From the sequence record PV390659.2: DNA of 64,000 bases, one strand, 5' to 3'. The position numbers and the translations under genes were made by a program. Source of the stretch: Escherichia phage vB_EcoM_P8. Positions 57,563 through 64,000 of the stretch are shown here, in pieces. The first letter of the stretch is position 1; the number at the start of each line of letters is the position of its first letter. The notes under the pieces were generated by a model. That model did no database searches. It was given only the letters and a program-made list of their open reading frames with translations, and was not told the origin of the DNA.

Positions 57563-57757
57563 ATGCTGACACACGAACAGTTTGAAAAAATCATTAAATT
57601 AGCACGTGATGTTGAAATAGATTCATATCAATTAGCAGTTGAGCATTGTGAAGGATATTCATACGATGGTATAGAAGCAGCTAAAAAGGATTTGGATAAA
57701 TCCAAAGCTAAGTTAGTTCAATATCTTGAAATGATTAGGTGGAATAATGAAAACTGA
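57563..57757 (+). CDS. small helical protein, member of a tandem paralog set
   Basis: 64 aa (MLTHEQFEKIIKLARDV...). Confidence 0.5.
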   Translation: MLTHEQFEKIIKLARDVEIDSYQLAVEHCEGYSYDGIEAAKKDLDKSKAKLVQYLEMIRWNNEN

Positions 57758-57920
57758 AAAGCAGATGTTTTTAATGAAGCTAATTGAAGAATACGCTAAT
57801 GCAGTTTCTGACTATGAGTGTTCTTCTAGGGAAAGAGGCATAGCTTTTGCAAAGGAAGAAATGAAAATCATGGTTGATGCTCACACAAAACTCCAGAATT
57901 TTATTGAAAACGTCATTTAA
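57747..57920 (+). CDS. small helical protein, member of a tandem paralog set
   Basis: 57 aa ORF not in ORF track (MKTEKQMFLMKLIEEYANAV...). Confidence 0.45.
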   Translation: MKTEKQMFLMKLIEEYANAVSDYECSSRERGIAFAKEEMKIMVDAHTKLQNFIENVI

Positions 57921-57966
57921 TGGTTTACAAGTTGGCAAGGTTATGGTATAGTAATCTTGCCAACTG
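57921..57966 (+). promoter_or_regulatory. T4 early promoter with spacer stem-loop (PeSL-like)
   Basis: GTTTAC 57923-57928, TATAGT 57947-57952, inverted repeat CAAGTTGGCAAG/CTTGCCAACTG. Confidence 0.6.
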
Positions 57967-57980
57967 CCAAGGAGAAGAGA

Positions 57981-58085
57981 ATGAAAGTTTTGTTTGTTGT
58001 GTATGTGATGATTCAATATAATTACCCAATGTTTACTTATAATCTGGTGAACAACATTATTGATATTATTCAAAGGAGCATGTAA
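57981..58085 (+). CDS. possible 34-aa hydrophobic peptide
   Basis: ATG behind GGAGAAGAG RBS right after an early promoter; TAATG overlap with next gene. Confidence 0.3.
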   Translation: MKVLFVVYVMIQYNYPMFTYNLVNNIIDIIQRSM

Positions 58086-58270
58086 TGACAAGTGAGCAGG
58101 CTTTTAAATTAAGAGAATTAATTGAGATGTATAGTAAAGCTGTTCATGCATCAACAGTTATTGATGAATCAGCTTTCTCCGGACATGCTAATAAGATTAA
58201 ATACAAAACTCTTATGGAAGAAGCTAAAGTAAATCTTGATTCTTATATTGAAACTTTAATTGGTGAATAA
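58085..58270 (+). CDS. small helical protein, member of a tandem paralog set
   Basis: 61 aa (MTSEQAFKLRELIEMYSKAV...). Confidence 0.5.
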   Translation: MTSEQAFKLRELIEMYSKAVHASTVIDESAFSGHANKIKYKTLMEEAKVNLDSYIETLIGE

Positions 58271-58271
58271 C

Positions 58272-58538
58272 ATGAGCTTTCCTAAATTAGAAGTAGGCGA
58301 TTTAGTCTTAACAAAATTGTGGAATGATGCTCAATCAGTAGAAATCTGTCAATATCGTGGAGCAACAGGTAATTTGATGTACACGATTTATAACCCAGAA
58401 ATTTTGTTAGAGTGTCATTTGGAACGCTTTATAAAAGACACCGATAGTATGCCTTATAGTGTATCGATTGTACGTAAATCTGATACAAAGGAATACTCTA
58501 AAATTTTAGAACAAATTCATGCCAATAAAAAGGATTAA
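58272..58538 (+). CDS. hypothetical protein
   Basis: 88 aa from ATG 58272. Confidence 0.5.
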   Translation: MSFPKLEVGDLVLTKLWNDAQSVEICQYRGATGNLMYTIYNPEILLECHLERFIKDTDSMPYSVSIVRKSDTKEYSKILEQIHANKKD

Positions 58539-58539
58539 T

Positions 58540-59070
58540 ATGAAACGATTAGTACTAGAAGTTAGTTCACTTTTTGGTGAATTGGCTATAGAAAAAGTAA
58601 ATAATATGTATCGTTTGACGCAAGAAGACGATATGCTATATTTTACGCCTAGCGAAATTATTCATTTAACCCAAATTGAAAAACCATACACTGATAAAAT
58701 TGTAAGCATTAATGATGAGCATAAAATTCATTTTTATTCTTTATGCCCAGGATTTAATATTGAAAGCGAGTCAATATGCTTATCAATTAATAATTGGGAT
58801 AATTTTATAGCTAAGATTAAATATTTCTATTATTCTAATGAAAGAAAACATGGTTTAAAATGGTTTAAAAATTGCAATGCTATTATTACTAACGCTTGTA
58901 ATCAAAATTATGAAACTGTTTTAAATGTATCAAAATGCTATGAAGAGGGAGATGTCTTAACTATTCGTCAATCGGTAAATGATGTTAATGTTGTTGTATT
59001 AAACAAAGAAGAAGCTGTTTTATTAAAGACTTATCTTGATTCTGTCATTCCAACTATGATTTCAAAGTGA
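58540..59070 (+). CDS. hypothetical protein, paralogous to ORF 59248-59598
   Basis: 176 aa from ATG 58540 (ORF track 58519). Confidence 0.5.
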   Translation: MKRLVLEVSSLFGELAIEKVNNMYRLTQEDDMLYFTPSEIIHLTQIEKPYTDKIVSINDEHKIHFYSLCPGFNIESESICLSINNWDNFIAKIKYFYYSNERKHGLKWFKNCNAIITNACNQNYETVLNVSKCYEEGDVLTIRQSVNDVNVVVLNKEEAVLLKTYLDSVIPTMISK

Positions 59071-59076
59071 GGAAAT

Positions 59077-59247
59077 ATGTTTATTTCAAGTGAAAGTGGT
59101 TTAATTCGTGTTGAATTTAAAAATGACATCTTCCTTATTCAAGGAGATGATAATATTAAAATGAGTTATGACGAAATTAAGAAAATTTGTCATGCTCTTG
59201 AAAGTCATGGAAAAGTAAATGCTACTATCGATATAGGCGATTTATGA
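59077..59247 (+). CDS. hypothetical small protein
   Basis: 56 aa ORF not in ORF track, GAGGAAA RBS. Confidence 0.4.
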   Translation: MFISSESGLIRVEFKNDIFLIQGDDNIKMSYDEIKKICHALESHGKVNATIDIGDL

Positions 59248-59598
59248 GTGACACTTTATGAAGTATCCGAAGGATTTAACATTGAAGATGAAAACAACAT
59301 CTTAGCTATTGATAAAAGAAGTGATTTGTTTGATGTGTTAAAAGTTTATGAACAGTCAAACGGTGGAAGAAAAGCCGTATTAATTTATCAAAAACCGCAT
59401 TCATGTGGAACTGCTTCAATCATTTCAAATATTGAAGATGAAACTGATACTTATATGTGTGTTTTGAAAGCTGGCCGTGACCGTCATCCGGATTTTATTT
59501 CTATTCGTCAAAACAATGAAGAAATTTCATTATCAAAATCAGAAGCTGAAGCTATGATTAAGTATTTAACAACTGTTACACCTTCAATGAAAGGATAA
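59248..59598 (+). CDS. hypothetical protein (GTG start), paralogous to C-terminal half of 58540-59070
   Basis: 116 aa; shared motifs GFNIE..E and KxYL..V.PxM. Confidence 0.5.
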   Translation: MTLYEVSEGFNIEDENNILAIDKRSDLFDVLKVYEQSNGGRKAVLIYQKPHSCGTASIISNIEDETDTYMCVLKAGRDRHPDFISIRQNNEEISLSKSEAEAMIKYLTTVTPSMKG

Positions 59599-59600
59599 TT

Positions 59601-60062
59601 ATGATTATTAATGAAAGCTCTTGGCACTATAAATTATTCAAAATGTTTAATGATGAATGGAAACGGCCTAAGACACTATGCGCGTATTTTTGGTCTATTG
59701 TTATTCCTACATTTTTCGTTTCTTTTTTCGGATGTACTATACTCGCAGGTCTAACTATCATCTGTGCAGAAATCATACAGAAATGGCTTATTTTTGGTAG
59801 TTTATGGACTCTTATTCCATCAGCATTTGTACTTGCCATTTTGCTTGTTTTACTTATTATTGGTTCATTTGTTATTCCTGCACAACTGCATGAAAAATAT
59901 AAAGATTATAAATGGAAAAAGGATTATGCTTTACATGTAGAAAATATTGATAGGGCGTATAAAGGTTTACCTCCTATTCAACCCAAGAAGTCTATTATCG
60001 CCGAATTTTTAAAAGCTCGTAAAGCTAAAGTATGTCCTGTTATTGAATATAAGGCTGAATGA
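59601..60062 (+). CDS. membrane protein (about 3 predicted TM helices)
   Basis: 153 aa hydrophobic ORF. Confidence 0.55.
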   Translation: MIINESSWHYKLFKMFNDEWKRPKTLCAYFWSIVIPTFFVSFFGCTILAGLTIICAEIIQKWLIFGSLWTLIPSAFVLAILLVLLIIGSFVIPAQLHEKYKDYKWKKDYALHVENIDRAYKGLPPIQPKKSIIAEFLKARKAKVCPVIEYKAE

Positions 60063-61072
60063 TGAAAACAGTAATGAAAAGCTATTTTGGTAGTCATCTT
60101 TATGGAACTTCTACTCCAGAATCTGATGTAGATTTTAAAGAAATCTTTGTTCCTCCTGCTCGCGATATTCTTATCGGAAATGTTAAAGAGCATATGAGTA
60201 AAAACACTAACAACACATCATCTAAAAACACTAAAGATGATATTGACCATGAACTATACAGTCTTAAGTATTTCTTTAAATTAGCAGCAGACGGTGAAAC
60301 TGTAGCATTGGATATGCTTCACACTCCGCCTGAACTAGTAGTTAAATCTGATTTGCCTGATGTATGGAAATTTATCCAAGACAATCGTTCACGGTTTTAT
60401 ACAACTAACATGAAAGCCTATTTAGGATATGTGCGCAAGCAAGCTTCTAAATATGGTGTTAAGGGTTCTCGTTTGGCCGCATTGCGTGATGTATTGAAAG
60501 TAGTTAATCAAATCCCCGATCAGTGGGTTGATTACCGAGAAGATGGAACACAAGGACAACGTCGTACTAAAATTGCAGATATTAAACACCGTCTTCCAGA
60601 GAACGAGTTCTGTGAATGGGTATTCCATAACCACGAGAAAACAGGTCCTCAAACGTTCTATACTGTTCTTGGACGTAAGTACCAAACCACCTTGTCTTTA
60701 ATCGAGCTCAAGCAATCTCTGAATAAGCTCGATGCGGAATATGGTGAACGTGCTCGTAAGGCTGAAGCTAATGAAGGTATTGACTGGAAAGCTCTGAGTC
60801 ATGCTTATCGCGCAGGGTATCAATTGATGGAAATCTACCAAACAGGTGATTTGGCGTTCCCATTGCGCGAAGCCTCTATCATTAAGCTGATTAAAGCCGG
60901 TGAATTACCATTTAAAGAAGTTCAAGAACTTCTTGAAGATACTGTTGATTTGGTTGAAGTCCTAGCCATCCAGGCAGCTAAGAACGGTATGCCTGATAAG
61001 GTAGACATGAAGTTCTGGGACAAGTTCGTTGAAGAGGTATATCTTGAAAACCACCGAAGTTATTATAAATGA
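60059..61072 (+). CDS. predicted nucleotidyltransferase-fold protein
   Basis: 337 aa; N-terminal GSHLYGTSTPESDVDF fits the minimal NTase GS...D.D motif; strong terminator downstream. Confidence 0.55.
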   Translation: MMKTVMKSYFGSHLYGTSTPESDVDFKEIFVPPARDILIGNVKEHMSKNTNNTSSKNTKDDIDHELYSLKYFFKLAADGETVALDMLHTPPELVVKSDLPDVWKFIQDNRSRFYTTNMKAYLGYVRKQASKYGVKGSRLAALRDVLKVVNQIPDQWVDYREDGTQGQRRTKIADIKHRLPENEFCEWVFHNHEKTGPQTFYTVLGRKYQTTLSLIELKQSLNKLDAEYGERARKAEANEGIDWKALSHAYRAGYQLMEIYQTGDLAFPLREASIIKLIKAGELPFKEVQELLEDTVDLVEVLAIQAAKNGMPDKVDMKFWDKFVEEVYLENHRSYYK

Positions 61073-61074
61073 TA

Positions 61075-61100
61075 GGGAGCCTTCGGGCTCCCTTTTTTGT
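61075..61100 (+). terminator. rho-independent terminator after nucleotidyltransferase-like gene
   Basis: GGGAGCCTTCGGGCTCCC hairpin plus TTTTTTGTTT. Confidence 0.8.
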
Positions 61101-61109
61101 TTAAAATGA

Positions 61110-61160
61110 CGTCACAAAGTTGTTTACAAGCATAAAGCTTTATGGTACTATACAACTATC
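61110..61160 (+). promoter_or_regulatory. T4 early promoter with palindromic spacer
   Basis: GTTTAC 61123-61128, palindrome ATAAAGCTTTAT, TACTAT 61147-61152. Confidence 0.6.
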
Positions 61161-61185
61161 AACTGATGTGGATTTGGGGAATAAA

Positions 61186-61335
61186 ATGAAAACTACGTTA
61201 ATTGAAGTAAAAAAGTTGATTGACACAGAAGAGATTTCAGCTTGTTTTGAAAATTTCTTAGAAGATGCAACTGAAGATAACGCAGTTTATCTCGCTCAGA
61301 AAATTATAGAAACATATTTGGAGCAGAATCAATGA
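61186..61335 (+). CDS. hypothetical small protein
   Basis: 49 aa from ATG 61186; ORF track start 61120 lies inside the promoter. Confidence 0.45.
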   Translation: MKTTLIEVKKLIDTEEISACFENFLEDATEDNAVYLAQKIIETYLEQNQ

Positions 61336-61595
61336 CAGTTTACGTAGATGTTTTAATGAATCATGGATGGAAACTTCGCGGTCATCCAACTAAAAATTGT
61401 CATATGTTCACTGATGGAGATATTGAAGAGCTTCATGAAATGGCAGAAGCAATAGGAATGAAACGCTCTTGGTTTCAAGATAAACGCATTAAACATTATG
61501 ACTTACACGCGCACCGCCGCCAAAAAGCCGTAGAACTTGGAGCTGTAGAAGTATCTCGTCGCGAAGCAGTAAAAATTTGGCGAGCATTAAAATAA
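61332..61595 (+). CDS. hypothetical protein
   Basis: 87 aa ORF. Confidence 0.5.
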   Translation: MTVYVDVLMNHGWKLRGHPTKNCHMFTDGDIEELHEMAEAIGMKRSWFQDKRIKHYDLHAHRRQKAVELGAVEVSRREAVKIWRALK

Positions 61596-61640
61596 ATTGT
61601 TTACAGTAGGGTAGTAGTGTGATACTATTACCCTATCAAA
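61596..61640 (+). promoter_or_regulatory. T4 early promoter with spacer stem-loop (PeSL-like)
   Basis: GTTTAC 61600-61605, stem TAGGGTA/TACCCTA enclosing GATACTAT. Confidence 0.65.
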
Positions 61641-61664
61641 ACAAATGTGAAATTGGAGAATAAA

Positions 61665-62633
61665 ATGAAAACTGTAACTATCAATAAGGGTATCTACTTC
61701 GGTAAAGAAATCTCTGGAACTTTTGAGCTCTTAGGCGAATGGTTCCCAGATAATGCTCCGGTAGATGCACAAGGAGATGGTAAAGTTTTTGTTGAAATTG
61801 ACGGTAAACGTCGAGGTGTTTGGGTTTACAAATCAGATATTTCATATGATGGTGTAAAAGTTGAAGAAGTTAAAGAATCATATGAAGATATGAAAACCCG
61901 CATTAATAAAAGATTTAATGTTATGGGAATGATGACGAATGGTATTATTAATGGAAATATTCGTTCATTGATTATCTCTGGCGCAGCAGGTATTGGTAAA
62001 ACGTATTCTTTAGATAAAGCTTTAAATAAAGCAAATGATAATGGATACATTGAATATAAAAGCATTAACGGTAAAATCTCTGGTATTGGTCTTTATGAAC
62101 AGCTTTGGAATAATCGTGAAGAGAATTCTGTCCTTTTGATTGATGATGTGGATGTTTTCTCTGATATGGACATTCTTAATCTTCTAAAAGCTGCTCTGGA
62201 CACTGGAGAGACCCGTAAAGTCTGCTGGAGCACTGCATCTTCTTACTTAGAAGAAAAAGGCATTGAGCGTGAGTTTGAATTTAAAGGAACGATTGTTTTT
62301 ATCACAAACGTTGACATTGACCGCGAATTAGACCGTGGTACTAAACTTGCTCCACACTTACAAGCATTAGTGTCCCGCTCAGTTTATTTGGATTTGGGTG
62401 TTCACACTAATGAAGAAATTATGGTCAGGGTTGAAGATGTTATTCTTTCAACTGACATGATGCAAAAGCGCGGTCTTTCTGATGAAGAAACTTATAAAGC
62501 ATTATCATGGATGAAAGTTAATGTTAATCGTTTACGCAATGTTTCACTGCGTACTGCTCTTTATCTTGCTGACTTTATTATGACCGACAAAAACGGTTGG
62601 GAAGAAATTGCTGAGGTTACTCTTCTGAAATAA
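61665..62633 (+). CDS. P-loop ATPase (AAA-like)
   Basis: Walker A GAAGIGKTYS, Walker B VLLIDDVD; ATG 61665 with GGAGAA RBS (ORF track GTG 61647). Confidence 0.6.
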   Translation: MKTVTINKGIYFGKEISGTFELLGEWFPDNAPVDAQGDGKVFVEIDGKRRGVWVYKSDISYDGVKVEEVKESYEDMKTRINKRFNVMGMMTNGIINGNIRSLIISGAAGIGKTYSLDKALNKANDNGYIEYKSINGKISGIGLYEQLWNNREENSVLLIDDVDVFSDMDILNLLKAALDTGETRKVCWSTASSYLEEKGIEREFEFKGTIVFITNVDIDRELDRGTKLAPHLQALVSRSVYLDLGVHTNEEIMVRVEDVILSTDMMQKRGLSDEETYKALSWMKVNVNRLRNVSLRTALYLADFIMTDKNGWEEIAEVTLLK

Positions 62634-62734
62634 TTCATAAGAGGACTTCTATGACAAAAAGGCAGTTCAGAAATAGATTATATGGACTGCCATTAAAAAG
62701 ATGACTAGAATTAAACTGGTGAATGGAGGTAGTG

Positions 62735-63037
62735 ATGTTATACTCAAAGGCTCGTGAAATTTACGAAACTAAAATTAAAGAAGCAGTATTTCAGTTCGCA
62801 ACGACAATGCGATGGACAAATGACTGGGAGTATTCAAAAAATCATAAGAAGCCCATGGTGACAAGAAAGGCTCATATGTTAGTGTTAATAGACCGTGAGC
62901 AGATTAAAGCCCGAGAAGCCCTCCAGAATCATAAAAAGGCTGCCTTTGAATGGTTTATGGATAACACTGCACCCGAGACTAAGAAAGCAGTGAGCGCATG
63001 GTTCAGTGGAAAAAATTGTGAAAGAAGTTTCTTTTAG
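62735..63037 (+). CDS. hypothetical protein
   Basis: 100 aa from ATG 62735 with GGAGG RBS. Confidence 0.5.
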   Translation: MLYSKAREIYETKIKEAVFQFATTMRWTNDWEYSKNHKKPMVTRKAHMLVLIDREQIKAREALQNHKKAAFEWFMDNTAPETKKAVSAWFSGKNCERSFF

Positions 63038-63075
63038 TGGTTTACAAGACTGTTCCTCTGTGGTACTATACAACT
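63035..63075 (+). promoter_or_regulatory. T4 early promoter
   Basis: GTTTAC 63040-63045, TACTAT 63064-63069. Confidence 0.6.
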
Positions 63076-63097
63076 ATCAACTACGGAGGAACAGAAA

Positions 63098-63625
63098 ATG
63101 AACGCTAAAGATATTTTCAACTTGGTAAATTACAACGATGGTAAATTTAAATCTGAAGCACAAAGCAAGTTCTTTAACGACATCTCAATCGGAGGTGAAA
63201 TCACAGTTGATGGAGGACAAATTTACAAATCCCGCTGGAATTGGATCGTTATTATTGATGAGATTGGTATTGTAGAAATTTACAAAAATACGAATAAAAA
63301 TCGTACATTACACTGGTCTCGTGATACTAACGAACAGTACAAAAAGGATAAAGCATCTAAATTATCTCGTGTAACTCAAGAAGATATTGAGTTCATCAAG
63401 AAAGATATTTTAATGTATGATAACTTAATTGCTGAAGAGCAAGCTGTTATTGATAAATTTGATGAGATTAAAGCTTCTCGTGAAATTCCTGATTTTATGA
63501 AAGAATCAGTAAATGAACGATACTCTCTCATTTCAGAGCGTATTGAAACTTACAAAAAGCAAAAAGCTGAACGCCAAAATACTCTTCGGAAGTTTGAAGA
63601 ACGGTTAAAGACGGTACTCGCATAA
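63098..63625 (+). CDS. hypothetical protein with coiled-coil C-terminus
   Basis: 175 aa ORF behind early promoter. Confidence 0.55.
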   Translation: MNAKDIFNLVNYNDGKFKSEAQSKFFNDISIGGEITVDGGQIYKSRWNWIVIIDEIGIVEIYKNTNKNRTLHWSRDTNEQYKKDKASKLSRVTQEDIEFIKKDILMYDNLIAEEQAVIDKFDEIKASREIPDFMKESVNERYSLISERIETYKKQKAERQNTLRKFEERLKTVLA

Positions 63626-63680
63626 CCGCTTTATACCAAGGATGGTATAATGGTTCTAAGCCCTTTTAATTGAGATTATT

Positions 63681-63974
63681 ATGAAACAGTTGATAATTAA
63701 AAGATTGAATTTATTGATATGTTGTTTATGTGTAGTAGTTGCATATGGTTATTACGCAATTAATGATTATATGCACTATAAAGATTATGATGTTACTGTA
63801 GTTAATACTATTACAGGAACACAAGGAAAAGGGTCTAGTTTATCGTTTATTGCCGTATATGAACTTAAAGACGGTTATAGATTTAGTGAATATATTTCCC
63901 CAGAGATGTATTCTTCAATAGAAAAAGGTGATAATATTATCAAACAATGTCTGTTTTACGTCGAAAGGACGTAA
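63681..63974 (+). CDS. small membrane-anchored protein
   Basis: 97 aa; N-terminal hydrophobic helix LLICCLCVVVAYGYYAI. Confidence 0.5.
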   Translation: MKQLIIKRLNLLICCLCVVVAYGYYAINDYMHYKDYDVTVVNTITGTQGKGSSLSFIAVYELKDGYRFSEYISPEMYSSIEKGDNIIKQCLFYVERT

Positions 63975-64000
63975 ACTTACAGTAATATTATCACCTTTTT

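Noticed and set aside
63626-63680. Possible promoter (TATAAT-like at about 63647) before the last ORF
   Set aside because: No matching GTTTAC -35 element at the right spacing; too weak to call.

Overview
This window is a contiguous segment of a T4-type (Tequatrovirus-like) coliphage genome, read in the orientation where the late structural genes lie on the minus strand. Calls rest on protein sequences I recognise from T4, on gene order and on motifs read directly; no database search was run. Positions 1-37877 carry the late morphogenesis block (gene 51 partial, 26, 25, uvsY, uvsW, hoc, rnlB, then 24-23-22-21-68-67-20-19-18-17-16-15-14-13-wac-12-11-10-9-8-7-6-5.4-5-53), with late-promoter motifs (TATAAATA) and hairpin terminators. 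From 37925 onward the plus strand carries genes 4, 2, 3, 1, 57A, 57B (Acb1), ipI, a cluster of 10 tRNAs, an e.x-like ORF block, nudE, lysozyme e, denV, regB, tk and rI, followed by many small accessory ORFs behind T4 early promoters whose spacer forms a stem-loop. The points that most deserve a second look are an internal-protein-like gene bracketed by two identical terminator copies, a second internal-protein-like gene broken by a frameshift in an A7 run, two tRNAs (Tyr, Asn) beyond the eight I recall for T4, two tandem arrays of paralogous small proteins, and a GrcA-like gene with host-like composition. None of these is proven novel; I did not find a self-evident new defence or anti-defence system, only candidates.
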